From an uncultured Flavobacteriales bacterium (GTDB taxonomy: Bacteria; Bacteroidota; Bacteroidia; Flavobacteriales_C; GCA-002722245): 56,386 bases of DNA. The notes under the pieces are model-generated. The model was given only the letters and a program-made list of their open reading frames with translations. It was not told the origin of the DNA and searched no databases. Position numbers and translations under genes: made by a program. Positions 38,579 through 49,843 of the stretch are shown here, one piece after another (position 1 is the stretch's first letter; each line of letters starts with the position of its first letter). The DNA is taken from assembly GCA_905182585.1 (NCBI GenBank), contig CAJJCC010000028.1:1-56386 (forward strand). Reading direction: 5' to 3'.

Positions 38579-41500
38579 TTACAACGTAAACCGAATACTT
38601 ATTCCACCTTTAGAAGTCGAACTCGGGAATGAGCTTTCGATATAAGGATTATTGATCGTTTGGTCGTAGAAAGCTCTTGCTGTTACTTTTTCACTTACTT
38701 TATAATCTCCTGATACTTTTATTGAGGTGACTAAACCTCCACTTAAAGTTTGTCCTGATTCGTCTATTTGAAGTAAAGTTAGACTTGTACTTTTTAATGA
38801 AACATCCAATCTTAAGTTTAAATCTGATTTTAATTTTCGACCTTTGATTTCAACATTTGGAATGACCAAATCTTTAATGGTATAACCACCTCCCACTACG
38901 AAGTCCCATGTATTATTTTCTGTCACTGAAGACCCACCAATTGATAATCCTACAGTTCTTGCTTTTTTAACCTCTACTTTTGCAAGAATCGAATTTTTAA
39001 ATTTCATATCTACTTTTACTAGTGGACTAAAAGATTCAGTTATCGAAATTTTGAATGGCGTATAATCGATGTTTGATTCAAAGTCTCCTAAATCAGTTAG
39101 TTGACCGGTTCCATCAAATGTTAAATCGTTTCGTACATTATTCATACTCAACGTACTTTTATAGCTGTGAGATAAAGCAATAGATCTAAAATGCTTTTTA
39201 AAGAACGCTATGTTTTTAAGTCCATTATACGTAAACCTCCAATCTGGAATTGGAATAGATGGGAAGAAACCACTTGTAGAGCTTGGAGTGCTAAGGTTAG
39301 GTAATTTGATGTTTGCAGCGTTTTTACCTTGGTAGGCAGAAAGAAAAGAGTAGAGGAGTACTTCTTCTTGTTTTTGGCTATATCCTTCAGGGAACGAAGT
39401 AGAAGAGTTTGTTAGTCCACTCCAGTTAATATTTTGAGCAGCTAAACGATCTGCAATTACTTTTCGGTTGTTTAACATTTGCTTGTAAGCGCCTGATCCT
39501 TTGTGACGAGTGTTTTTAGTAAATGCAGTTCTAAAGGTGTTGGATGAGATGGAGAATTCTTGAACTTTCTGTCTTGAGTTTTCAGTATATCCTTTTGTTG
39601 TTGAATTGTCTATTTGGTAAAAGAAATTATCATTTGAAGTTAAACTACGTGTTCCGGTAAGGTTTACTCTAAATTGTTTGAAAGGTTCTAAGGTTGCTCT
39701 TGTATTTAAAGTTTGTTTATTCGTTTTTGCGACCTGTTGTGAAATAAGATGACTGTTGGTGTTAAACCAATTATTATCAATTCCTTTTTCCAAGATATCA
39801 GCTTGAGATCCAAATGCGAATTTGTAACCCGGTGCCATCTGACGACCAAGATCCATTCCCATAACTTGCGTTTCTCCCATAAACCCTGGAAGAAATGTAC
39901 CATTGTTTTCATTGTAATTAATGGATGCGTTCCTAACCATCATTAAAGCTCTTATGGTTGATTCAAGTACATCTTTGGATGTGATGTTTACTTTTTTGGT
40001 CTTGGTTGAATCAATAGTTGCTTTTTTCTTTCGTTTTCTGTTTAACTTTTTAAGATAATCGGACTTGTTGTACAAACTAACAAAGTTTAATTGAGCGCTT
40101 ATTTGTTTCGTGTTATTATTGGATACGCTATGCCCAATTGAATCTACAAAAGCAGGGTTAGTAGCTTGCCAATCGAATTTACCAGTGTATTTAGCATTCG
40201 AAGTAATCCAACTTGTTAATGGGAATTTATTAATTGGGATTCGATAATTAGCATTGAAATTTTGAGTGTATAAAGTATTTCGACCCAATGTTTGAATGTT
40301 TTTCCAAATTGAATCCTTTTCAGATTGCTCATCAATAGCTCCAAAAGGTTCATCAATAATAGCTTTATTACTAGCGTTATAGGATAATTTTAAGGTTTTA
40401 GTTAAATCCCATTTCATGGTATAGTCTCTATTGAAATACCAGTTTTTATTATAGGTAGGAGTAATTAGAAGATCAGCGTTCGAAACGTTTCTTATTTTAC
40501 GTTCGCTAAACATTCTTGTCATGTTGGTTTTAATTCCCACTTGTTTTGGAACATATTGAAAGTTGAAATCACGGTAAAGAGTAAGGTATTTGGACCGCTT
40601 TAACTTGGTCATTTTTTTACGATAATCAACCTTATCCTTTTTAAGGTCAGATATTTGAGTTTGAATTAACTTGGTTGCTTTTGCAGAATTTTTAATTGAA
40701 CGTAAAGCTTTTAATGAATCCTGTAATTGTTTTGTTTCAGCTGCAATTTTGGCAAGATGCTTTTTCTCTATTGAAACAATAAATGGTGTTTTTTTAAATG
40801 GTTTAATTGATTTTGGGCGGTGCGTAAAGTTGTAGTTTAGTCCACCGTTGTAATTTTTAACAAGATCAATTTCGGTGTTTACATCTTGTTTTTTGTTTTC
40901 GTTATAGGCAAATGTTGCATCTAGATTCGAAACGTCGTAAAAGTGCTTTTTCTTGGATCCTTTTTTAATTTTTTTAACGTTTGAGAAGTTTAAACTTTTA
41001 CTGGTTTGTTTCTCGGGAGTAACCTTGTTTAAGTATGATTTATAACCACCATTATCTAAATTCTTTATTTGAATATCAGTATCTAATGGATTATATTTTT
41101 GATCTTTTCTTATTTGATTATAACTCATGTAAACAGGAAGAGAAATACCATAATTTTCAGGAAAGAATTTACCTGCTTGAAAGTTACCTGTAGCATCAAT
41201 ATTGCGAACAGTTTCTCGTTGTCGTTCACTTACTTTCTGGTCAATAGCTCCCCAACCTGGGGTGCTGTATCCACCTGCTAAAGAGACGTTACCAAAATCG
41301 GCTAATTTCATGTTAACACTAGCTGTTGAAGCCCAACCACCAGTTTTATCAAAACCGGAAAGTCTTAATTCATTCACCCAAACTTCTGCACACCTAGAAT
41401 TTCCTGAGGTATTGTTATTTCGAACACCAATCATCATAGAGGTAATATTAGCCATACTTGGAGAACCTTTCACGTAGGCCATATTATCACCGTCGGCAAT

Positions 41501-44500
41501 TGAAAACCGATCTACGCTTGGTGCAGAAAGTTCATTTCTTTTCGCTTTTAATCCAGCAAACACAACTTCGTAATCAAAATCCATTCGATTGGCGGCGTCC
41601 CAAATGGCTTCTCGTTTTTGTTCATCACCAGATGGAAGAGTTGTTGGATCTGTAAATGTTAACGGGATTTCATATTCATAATAATTCTCTGTGTAATCTG
41701 AGCCCATTCTGATAAAGGCGGACATGTTCATGTCTTCTCTATTTGTTGCTGAATTATCGGCTTGTTCAGCATGAATGTCCATTTGTATTTTTTTGTATGA
41801 TAATAAATCTAAACTTACAGTTTTATACATTCCTCTTGCATCTCCGCCATCAAGATCACAAACCTGAATTTGCATTGCCTGCTCGTTTTCGTTTGCTTGA
41901 GATCCTAAGTTAAATTGACGTTGTGTATTAGGAGGTAACATGTAAGGGATAGGTTCTTTTTTAGAATCTTCTTCTAGGTTTACTGCTCCGACATTAAATA
42001 TTGGAGTTGTCCCAGGAAGGCTGTTCTCATCCGATAAATCATTTTCATATTTACGCCAATCACTTCTTATTAAGTCCAATGATGCAAACCTTAAAACAAC
42101 AGGAGCCTTCCAGCCTTTTAACATTAATCTAATAAAACGAATAGATTGAAAACCTTCAATATTTCCAACTATATTTTTGTCAGGATCTTTTATAGGAATA
42201 CGGAAGTTGTACCAATTTACTTTTTTGTTTGAGCCTGAAACTGTAACAGGCACTTTTTGCACTAGGTAATTACTTCCAATATCTTCTTGTTCAAGATCAA
42301 CGGGACGCATACTTAATTTGTATTCATAATAACTTTCACCTTCACTTAATGTATTATCCCTATTTAAATCCTCAATATCGGGGAGTGTTGTTGCTGTACT
42401 TACGTAATCCAATCCTGTACTTTCTTGTGTTGGTGAATTACCGTCTGTACCGTTGAAGTTTTTGTATCGCTCAATAATGTTTGCTTTACGACCATCTAAA
42501 TCAGTACTTCTGAAATATTCGTAATTATCAGCCGCAGGATCAATTCCAATATTACCAGGCAGAGTTCCATCAAAATAATCGATGTAGCTGCTAAATAATT
42601 TAAATTCATCTCTGTCACCCATTCCGTCAAAACCAACATCTTGCTGTTCACGAGCACTAGCGTCGTTATCAAATGCATTTACAAGATTAATTCGGTTAGA
42701 AACAAAACCCCAACTGGTTGTATCAACATCAACGTTTGGGTCATTAGGTGTAGGTAAACCGTTTTCAAATGCTTTTCTACCGTCTCTTAAAATATCCTCT
42801 GAGATATTTCCAATTTGAATATACATATCACCTCCATCATTAGTTCCGTCAAAAGCATCCTTATCTGAAATTGAAGACGGGTCTTCAGAGAACGGATCCA
42901 TAACCCAGAACTCTATAAATTCAATATTTTGACTCGCAAAATCAACGTAGTCGATTTTACGCATAATCCCACCCCAACGAGTTTCGGGACTAAATAACTC
43001 ACCTGTTGTTTTATCAATTCCTTGAGAAATTCCAGGTGTACCAGAGGTGTCATAATTATAAGGGCCTCTTTCATTGGGGAAGAATGCCAAATCTAATATT
43101 GGAAGCGTTGGTGGTACACCTACTGCTAAACTTTTTTGAGGATAAATTTCGTTTTGAAGAACTACTCTTTGGAATAAGTTTTCTTGGATAGCATCATTCC
43201 CTGCTATGTGGCTAGGCGTGTTTGCACCGTTGTCGTCACCAAAAATAGGATCAATATTATACCAAGCAAACTTTGCCCTGTTAAATCCGTAGGTAATATC
43301 GTTAATTAAATCACCTTCTGGCCACTTGGTATTTCCTTGCGGAGTAGAAGCAAGTGTCCAAGCAACTCTATTTCGAATATCGATTCCAGTTTGACCAGCT
43401 TCAAAATCATCAATGAAGGAAACCGCTTCACCATCGTTTTCGATAGCACTTGGCGAGCCCGGGATTAGCTGTGCAAATTCACCTTTTACTTCAATAGAAG
43501 ACTTTGCTTTGGTGTTAATAAATGGAATTTTATCCACTAATTTGGTTAAGTATTCCGATTCGGTTTTGTAATCAGAATTCACACCCCACATTGTGTTTTT
43601 AATTGGTTCTTCACCTTGATTCACTTTTTGGGTAAGTGGACGTTCTGTCAAATTCATAAACGTAGCACCAACGTGAAAGTCTTTATTGATTTCGTAATCT
43701 AGATGAGTTCCGAATAATGTTTTACTCATGATACTAAACATCGAGTTACTTTCAACATTAACTCTAATAGGTGTATTTGAATTTAAGATTGATTGATCCA
43801 ATATGGTTACTTGTCCCATGTTATAATCCACTCTAAAATCAGCACCTTCTGTTAATTTTCTTCCCCCAGCTGTAACAGTCACGGCTCCTTTTGGAATACT
43901 GAATGAGTTAAGGTTAATTACTGAGCTTTTGGATGAATATTGGGCATAAATTTGAAACCTATTATTGGTAGGGAATTCGTTTTTTGCCCTGAATTTACTC
44001 ACATGATATAATGAATCAAAAGCATACTGATCTGCTAATGCGTTATCATTTATTTCCTCTCTTAGTTTTTTTCCGAAAGGCTGAAGAACAGGGAAATAAA
44101 TTTTACCATTTTGAATTCGAATAGTTTGCCCGTCAATGATATCATATTTACCATCCGGTTGTAAATTCTGCATTTGATCAAGTCGATCTAAATCTAAAAT
44201 TTCTAACCATCTTTTATTCTTTACATTGACGTTAGCTGTTGAGGCGTTGAAATAATTTATGTCGTTATTCGTAGACGGGTCACGGTAGCGAATGTCAATT
44301 TCTAAAGTACTGGCATCAACTCCGTAAGTACCTAACGAATAAACGTTTTTCATCATTAAATCCCAAAGTGGAATGTTAACATTGTTTACTTGTGTAGATT
44401 TTAGTAATTTAAGAAATATTGATGATTGCACATCTGGAACTTCATCCGAAAATTCACCAACTTGAAAAACATCATTACTTCCTCTAACTGTATATTGAAA

Positions 44501-45841
44501 CGCTAATGCTAAAACTTCATCGTCTTCCATTTTTCTATTCAAAGAAATGTACCCTAATTGAGGGTGTATAAAATATTCAGCAGCATTTAATTTTCGAGCA
44601 TTTTCAATTTTATTAAAGTGTAATCCCGCTGAGTACTTATAATCACCATCTGTTCTAATTAATTCTCCAGATGCAGCAGTATATTGTCTTATATCTTCAT
44701 TATTAACAAGGTTTGGGTATAAATCATTGCTCGAATTATCAGGATAAACTTGACTTAAAGTGGGCGTTATAGTTGGGTCATAAGTAGTTCGTTCACCTAA
44801 ATCCATAAATCCAATAACATTTCTAGCTCCAGTATTCGCACTAATTCCAACATTGGTTACCCAAACTTCAACTTTTGTAATATTTACAGCCGAGTTGATG
44901 ATTGGCGGATTTGATAGGCCACTGTTGTAATTGTCCGCAAAATATTGAGAAAGGAAAAAGTGACGATTGTCTTCGTATTCATCTGCTTTAATAAAAACTT
45001 CTTTTGTTTGAACTCCACCGCTTAATTCGATAGTTTTCGATTCTGATTTTTGTTGAGATAAAACGGTAGCAACTCTTAGCTTTCCAAATTGCAACTCTGT
45101 TTTAATTCCAAATAAACTCTGACTTCCTTGTATAAGGGAAGAGTTAAGAGGCATGCTTACATTACCTAATTCAATATTTTTGATGATTTGATCCTCTTTT
45201 CCGCCAAATTGTAATTTCATTTGGTTTTCAAAATCGAATGAAGCTTCGGTATTATAATTTGTTCCTAATTGTAATTTATCTCCAATTTTCCCCGTAACGT
45301 TTAATTGAATTTTTTCATCAAAATCAAAACTGGTTACTCGTTGGCTTTGAACTCTAATAATTGGGTTTTCGGTTTTAGTAGAGGTAACACCAAAAATTAA
45401 TTCAGCAGATCCCTGAGGTTTTATTTCTATTTTATTACTTCCAAAAATAGATTCAAATGCGTTTCCAGGAATTCTAACATTATCTAAAATTCCGTTATCA
45501 GACGAACCACCAGAGTTTTCTTTTTTTTTTTGATTCCAGTATTCTTTTTCGGCTTGTTTGTTTTGATTTTCCCAGAAATCATCAAAATCTTGATTATCTG
45601 AAGGGCGGTATTCATTGTCACCTATGGTTTCAACAATTTTGTATTGATTGGTAACAGGATCGTAAACAACTTTAGTTTCAACGTTACTAGGATCTTTTAA
45701 ATCGATAGAAGGTGCATTGTCATCCTTTCCTAAATTAAAAGGAAGCTTCAACGAATCGGGAGCTTGAGCAAAACTTAATAGATTGCAAAATACTATCGAA
45801 AGAGCGAGGATATATTTATTAATGTTAATTTTTAAATTCAA
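38579..45841 (-). CDS. sprA: T9SS outer-membrane translocon SprA (Sov)
   Basis: 2420 aa; IFGSNKIEIKPQGSAEL, IELGNVSMPL..SLIQGSQSLFG, RWGGIMR, VWVNELR motifs; maeB-ruvA-sprA order. Confidence 0.96.
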   Translation of the reverse strand: MNLKININKYILALSIVFCNLLSFAQAPDSLKLPFNLGKDDNAPSIDLKDPSNVETKVVYDPVTNQYKIVETIGDNEYRPSDNQDFDDFWENQNKQAEKEYWNQKKKENSGGSSDNGILDNVRIPGNAFESIFGSNKIEIKPQGSAELIFGVTSTKTENPIIRVQSQRVTSFDFDEKIQLNVTGKIGDKLQLGTNYNTEASFDFENQMKLQFGGKEDQIIKNIELGNVSMPLNSSLIQGSQSLFGIKTELQFGKLRVATVLSQQKSESKTIELSGGVQTKEVFIKADEYEDNRHFFLSQYFADNYNSGLSNPPIINSAVNITKVEVWVTNVGISANTGARNVIGFMDLGERTTYDPTITPTLSQVYPDNSSNDLYPNLVNNEDIRQYTAASGELIRTDGDYKYSAGLHFNKIENARKLNAAEYFIHPQLGYISLNRKMEDDEVLALAFQYTVRGSNDVFQVGEFSDEVPDVQSSIFLKLLKSTQVNNVNIPLWDLMMKNVYSLGTYGVDASTLEIDIRYRDPSTNNDINYFNASTANVNVKNKRWLEILDLDRLDQMQNLQPDGKYDIIDGQTIRIQNGKIYFPVLQPFGKKLREEINDNALADQYAFDSLYHVSKFRAKNEFPTNNRFQIYAQYSSKSSVINLNSFSIPKGAVTVTAGGRKLTEGADFRVDYNMGQVTILDQSILNSNTPIRVNVESNSMFSIMSKTLFGTHLDYEINKDFHVGATFMNLTERPLTQKVNQGEEPIKNTMWGVNSDYKTESEYLTKLVDKIPFINTKAKSSIEVKGEFAQLIPGSPSAIENDGEAVSFIDDFEAGQTGIDIRNRVAWTLASTPQGNTKWPEGDLINDITYGFNRAKFAWYNIDPIFGDDNGANTPSHIAGNDAIQENLFQRVVLQNEIYPQKSLAVGVPPTLPILDLAFFPNERGPYNYDTSGTPGISQGIDKTTGELFSPETRWGGIMRKIDYVDFASQNIEFIEFWVMDPFSEDPSSISDKDAFDGTNDGGDMYIQIGNISEDILRDGRKAFENGLPTPNDPNVDVDTTSWGFVSNRINLVNAFDNDASAREQQDVGFDGMGDRDEFKLFSSYIDYFDGTLPGNIGIDPAADNYEYFRSTDLDGRKANIIERYKNFNGTDGNSPTQESTGLDYVSTATTLPDIEDLNRDNTLSEGESYYEYKLSMRPVDLEQEDIGSNYLVQKVPVTVSGSNKKVNWYNFRIPIKDPDKNIVGNIEGFQSIRFIRLMLKGWKAPVVLRFASLDLIRSDWRKYENDLSDENSLPGTTPIFNVGAVNLEEDSKKEPIPYMLPPNTQRQFNLGSQANENEQAMQIQVCDLDGGDARGMYKTVSLDLLSYKKIQMDIHAEQADNSATNREDMNMSAFIRMGSDYTENYYEYEIPLTFTDPTTLPSGDEQKREAIWDAANRMDFDYEVVFAGLKAKRNELSAPSVDRFSIADGDNMAYVKGSPSMANITSMMIGVRNNNTSGNSRCAEVWVNELRLSGFDKTGGWASTASVNMKLADFGNVSLAGGYSTPGWGAIDQKVSERQRETVRNIDATGNFQAGKFFPENYGISLPVYMSYNQIRKDQKYNPLDTDIQIKNLDNGGYKSYLNKVTPEKQTSKSLNFSNVKKIKKGSKKKHFYDVSNLDATFAYNENKKQDVNTEIDLVKNYNGGLNYNFTHRPKSIKPFKKTPFIVSIEKKHLAKIAAETKQLQDSLKALRSIKNSAKATKLIQTQISDLKKDKVDYRKKMTKLKRSKYLTLYRDFNFQYVPKQVGIKTNMTRMFSERKIRNVSNADLLITPTYNKNWYFNRDYTMKWDLTKTLKLSYNASNKAIIDEPFGAIDEQSEKDSIWKNIQTLGRNTLYTQNFNANYRIPINKFPLTSWITSNAKYTGKFDWQATNPAFVDSIGHSVSNNNTKQISAQLNFVSLYNKSDYLKKLNRKRKKKATIDSTKTKKVNITSKDVLESTIRALMMVRNASINYNENNGTFLPGFMGETQVMGMDLGRQMAPGYKFAFGSQADILEKGIDNNWFNTNSHLISQQVAKTNKQTLNTRATLEPFKQFRVNLTGTRSLTSNDNFFYQIDNSTTKGYTENSRQKVQEFSISSNTFRTAFTKNTRHKGSGAYKQMLNNRKVIADRLAAQNINWSGLTNSSTSFPEGYSQKQEEVLLYSFLSAYQGKNAANIKLPNLSTPSSTSGFFPSIPIPDWRFTYNGLKNIAFFKKHFRSIALSHSYKSTLSMNNVRNDLTFDGTGQLTDLGDFESNIDYTPFKISITESFSPLVKVDMKFKNSILAKVEVKKARTVGLSIGGSSVTENNTWDFVVGGGYTIKDLVIPNVEIKGRKLKSDLNLRLDVSLKSTSLTLLQIDESGQTLSGGLVTSIKVSGDYKVSEKVTARAFYDQTINNPYIESSFPSSTSKGGISIRFTL

Positions 45842-45842
45842 G

Positions 45843-46427
45843 TTAAAGATTTTTCAATGCTTCTTTAATTAATCCTTCAACACCTAAGTCTGGTTGAGCT
45901 TTTAAAACGTTATTTAATACTTTATCCACCGAGTTTTTGGTAAATCCTAATGCCAATAGAGCAGATAACGACTCATCTCGTGCGCTATTGTTAGAAAATG
46001 TTAAAATATTTTGCTCAAGACCTTCAATCTTCCCCAATTTATCCTTTAAATCAACAATAATTCTTTGTGCAGATTTAGCGCCAATACCTTTAATACTCTT
46101 TAAGGTGTCAACATCACCAGTAACAATCGCAGCCGTGATTTCATCGGAACTTAAGCTAGACAGCATAACTCTAGCAGTACTCGCTCCAACGCCGCTAACT
46201 GATATTAATTTCCGGAAGATTTCACGTTCACTTTTTTCAGCAAAACCATACAATGTATGTGCATCTTCTTTGATGGATAAATGCGTGTAAAGCGTACAGT
46301 TTTCGTCGTTTGATATTTTGGAAAAAGTAACCAATGAAATATTTAAAAAATATCCAACACCGCCAGCTTCAATAACTGCATGAGTAGGTGATTTTTCAGT
46401 TAACCTTCCTTTAATATGATGAATCAT
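45843..46427 (-). CDS. ruvA: Holliday junction branch migration protein RuvA
   Basis: GVGY, EDAHTLYGF, LISVSGVG, IKGIGAKSAQRI, ALLALGF. Confidence 0.97.
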   Translation of the reverse strand: MIHHIKGRLTEKSPTHAVIEAGGVGYFLNISLVTFSKISNDENCTLYTHLSIKEDAHTLYGFAEKSEREIFRKLISVSGVGASTARVMLSSLSSDEITAAIVTGDVDTLKSIKGIGAKSAQRIIVDLKDKLGKIEGLEQNILTFSNNSARDESLSALLALGFTKNSVDKVLNNVLKAQPDLGVEGLIKEALKNL

Positions 46428-48703
46428 TACTTATCTTGTTTTACTTGTGCATCCACAACTGCTAAAGAAGTCATGTTTACGATTTCACGAACGCTCGCAC
46501 CTAATTGCATGATGTGAACAGATTTATTCATTCCTAATAAAACAGGTCCGATAACTTCAAGCTCACCCATTTCTTGCAATAATTTGTAAGAAATGTTCCC
46601 AGATGAAAGATTTGGGAATACTAAAGTATTCGCTCCTTTATCGCCTAGTTTTGAGAATGGGAATTGTTCGTTTAATAATTTAGGGTTTATGGCGAAATTT
46701 GCTTGAACATCACCATCAACAATGATTTCAGGATGGTTCTTATGTAAAATTTCAACAGCCTTCCTTACGACCTCTGGATTACCTCCGTCAACAGATCCGA
46801 AATTAGAATAACTTAACATTGCAATTCTTGGTTCGATATTAAATTCCTTTACAGCATTATGCGTTAATAGCGCTATATCTACCAAGTCTTCAGCTGAAGG
46901 GTTTTGATTAATTGTGGTATCAGCAAAGAAATAAGGTCCGTTGTTTTTTGTCAAAACAACATACATACCTGCAACTTTACCAATTGTTTTATCAACCCCA
47001 ATCGTTTGTAAAGAAGGACGAATAGAATCTTTATATTTTCGAGTAACTCCAGTAATTAAAGCATCAGCTTCACCACTTTCAACCATGATACTTCCAAAAT
47101 AATTACGGCTACGCATTATTTTTTCTGCTTCATATTCGGTTACACCTCTACGATTTCTTTTTTGAAATAAAATCGCACCGTATTTTTTTCTTCTAGCTTC
47201 TGCCTCGTCAGAGCGTGTATCAATAATTTCAATACCTTCAAGATCCAATTGATATTCTTCAATTAAATCAGCAATGTTTGTTTTATTTCCTAATAAAATT
47301 GGCTGACAAACACCTTCGTCATGCACTAATTGCGCAGCTTTTAATACTTTGTAGTTATCCGCTTCAGCAAAAACAACACGTTTAGGGTTTTGTTTAGCGC
47401 GTAGTGTAACTTGTTGCATCACAGTACTGTTGTAGCCCATTCTGCTAATTAAGTCTTGCTTGTATTTTTCCCAATCGGTAATTGGTTTTTTGGCAACACC
47501 CGATTCCATTGCCGCTTTAGCTACTGCAGGTGCAACAATCGAAATTAATCGTTGATCCGTTGGTTTAGGAATAATATATTCTTTTCCAAAAACTAAGTTT
47601 TTAAGGTTGTAAGCCTTACTTACTTCTTCTGGAACAGTTTCTTTCGTTAATGCAGCAATTGCCCTTACGGCAGCAATTTTCATTTCTTCGTTAATGGTTG
47701 TTGCCCTAACATCCATTGCACCTCTAAAAATGAATGGGAAACCAATAACGTTATTCACTTGGTTAGGATGATCGGATCGCCCAGTTGCCATGATAATATC
47801 TTTACGAGAAGCCATTGCTATTTCGTAAGCGATTTCTGGATTTGGATTTGCACAAGCAAATACAATAGGATCGGCTGCCATAGACTGAACCATTTCTCCA
47901 CTTAAAATATTACCTTTCGATAATCCTAAAAACACATCTGCTCCTTTGATTGCTTCGGATAAAGTTGAAGGTTCAACTTCGTTTGCAAAAAATGCTTTTT
48001 GTTTTGTTAAGTTCCCCCTCGACGGTTTAATAACCCCTTTAGAATCGAGCATCATAATGTTTTTCACATCAGCACCTAATGCAACGTAAAGTTTCGCACA
48101 GCTAACAGCTGAAGCTCCGGCTCCGTTTACTACAATTTTTATTTCGTTTATTTTTTTACCTACGATTTCCAATGCATTGATTAAACCTGCAGTTGTAATA
48201 ATTGCAGTACCATGCTGATCATCGTGCATGATTGGAATATCTAACTCGTCCTTTAATCTTCTTTCGATTTCAAAACACTCTGGAGCCTTAATATCTTCTA
48301 AATTAATTCCTCCGAAAGTAGGAGAAATAGCCTTTACAGTATCAATAAATCGATCAACATCAGTTGCGTCAACTTCGATGTCGAAACAATCTAAGTCTGC
48401 AAATATTTTAAACAAAAGTCCTTTTCCTTCCATTACTGGTTTAGAAGCTTCTGGTCCTATATTTCCTAATCCTAAAACCGCCGTTCCGTTTGAAATTACA
48501 GCAACTAAGTTTCCTTTTGCAGTGTATTTGTAAACATCTTCTTTATTCTCTGCAATTTCTAAACAAGGGTCAGCAACCCCTGGAGAATATGCTAATGATA
48601 AATCTCTTTGAGTACTGTATGGTTTGGTTGGAACTACCTCGATTTTCCCAGGTTTTCCTTGAGAATGGTAATCTAACGCATCTTGTTTTCTAAGTTTGGC
48701 CAT
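46427..48703 (-). CDS. maeB: NADP-dependent malic enzyme with phosphotransacetylase-like domain
   Basis: LSLAYSPGVA, KPVMEGK, INLEDI, HDDQHGT, ATGRSD.PNQVNN, C-terminal PTA-like domain. TACTTTTG box at 48757-48764. Confidence 0.96.
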   Translation of the reverse strand: MAKLRKQDALDYHSQGKPGKIEVVPTKPYSTQRDLSLAYSPGVADPCLEIAENKEDVYKYTAKGNLVAVISNGTAVLGLGNIGPEASKPVMEGKGLLFKIFADLDCFDIEVDATDVDRFIDTVKAISPTFGGINLEDIKAPECFEIERRLKDELDIPIMHDDQHGTAIITTAGLINALEIVGKKINEIKIVVNGAGASAVSCAKLYVALGADVKNIMMLDSKGVIKPSRGNLTKQKAFFANEVEPSTLSEAIKGADVFLGLSKGNILSGEMVQSMAADPIVFACANPNPEIAYEIAMASRKDIIMATGRSDHPNQVNNVIGFPFIFRGAMDVRATTINEEMKIAAVRAIAALTKETVPEEVSKAYNLKNLVFGKEYIIPKPTDQRLISIVAPAVAKAAMESGVAKKPITDWEKYKQDLISRMGYNSTVMQQVTLRAKQNPKRVVFAEADNYKVLKAAQLVHDEGVCQPILLGNKTNIADLIEEYQLDLEGIEIIDTRSDEAEARRKKYGAILFQKRNRRGVTEYEAEKIMRSRNYFGSIMVESGEADALITGVTRKYKDSIRPSLQTIGVDKTIGKVAGMYVVLTKNNGPYFFADTTINQNPSAEDLVDIALLTHNAVKEFNIEPRIAMLSYSNFGSVDGGNPEVVRKAVEILHKNHPEIIVDGDVQANFAINPKLLNEQFPFSKLGDKGANTLVFPNLSSGNISYKLLQEMGELEVIGPVLLGMNKSVHIMQLGASVREIVNMTSLAVVDAQVKQDK

Positions 48704-48842
48704 TTTTGTTGTTTAAAATGTGCTTGTATTGTTCCCTATAGGTGGGATAAATCGCACAAAAGTAAGTAATATTATTAAGAAAACAGCTCGTTTTTAGGGC
48801 TGAAAACAATACAAAATCTATTGATTTTCATATTTTGTACTT

Positions 48843-49532
48843 ATGAAAAAGATTGTGGTTTTATCAGGTGCTGGAATTAGTGCTGAAAGTGGGATTTCTA
48901 CCTTTAGAGACAGCAACGGTTTATGGGAGAATCACCGCATTGAAGATGTTGCTACACCAGAGGGTTGGGAGGCTAATCCAGAACTGGTTCTTGAGTTTTA
49001 TAATCAAAGAAGAAAACAGCTTTTTGAAGTTGAACCGAATGAAGGGCATAAAGCTTTGGTAAAGTTGGAAGATTTTTATGATGTTCAGATTGTAACGCAA
49101 AATGTGGATGATTTGCACGAAAGGGCTGGCTCATCAAATATTTTGCATTTACATGGCGAATTAAAAAAAGTAAGGAGTACGATTGATTACAACCTCGTTT
49201 ATGATTTGAGTCATTGGGAATTGAAATCCGGTGATAAATGTGAAAAAGGGAGCCAATTAAGGCCTCACATTGTATGGTTTGGGGAAGCGGTGCCAAGTAT
49301 TGTTCTTGCCGAAGAACATGTAAGAAAGGCAGATGTGTTAATTATTGTAGGAACATCTTTAAATGTTTACCCTGCAGCAGGTTTAGTTGATGTAATCAAA
49401 GAAGGTACTAAAGTTTATATTGTTGATCCCGCTGACGTACCAACAAATGGAGTGGAGAACATTACTGTAATAAAAGCAGGAGCGGGTGAAGGTTTAGCTG
49501 AGTTGGTAAATGAATTAACCAGCAGTAAGTAA
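48843..49532 (+). CDS. cobB: NAD-dependent protein deacylase (Sir2 family)
   Basis: GAGISAESGISTFR, TQNVDDLHERAG, LHG, RPHIVWFGE, GTSLNVYPAAG. Confidence 0.95.
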   Translation: MKKIVVLSGAGISAESGISTFRDSNGLWENHRIEDVATPEGWEANPELVLEFYNQRRKQLFEVEPNEGHKALVKLEDFYDVQIVTQNVDDLHERAGSSNILHLHGELKKVRSTIDYNLVYDLSHWELKSGDKCEKGSQLRPHIVWFGEAVPSIVLAEEHVRKADVLIIVGTSLNVYPAAGLVDVIKEGTKVYIVDPADVPTNGVENITVIKAGAGEGLAELVNELTSSK

Positions 49533-49843
49533 TACGGATTTTATTACGTTCTATTTTCCATTGTGGAGTTAATCCTTCCTTTCAGTAAATTGTCTTGTTT
49601 GTTTAGCGTTAATTCATATTTAAAAGTATCCCTATCCTCCAAATCAGAACGTGAAAAAATTTACTCTTTATCTTTGTTAATGTTATTTTTGAAAGTGTTC
49701 TTAACTCCTGGTTTAATGGTTTTACTACAGTATTCTTTAAATGTCATTCATCCAGTGAATTCTTGCGCGCTCCTTCAGTTATAGCCAAGTCATCTAAATC
49801 CATAAAATGAAATAACATTTTTAAAATATAAGCGTAATAGCTC

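Noticed and set aside
49150-49290. CobB lacking the four-Cys zinc site as a novelty
   Set aside because: From recall, zinc-less short CobB variants are common in Bacteroidota; catalytic motifs are intact.
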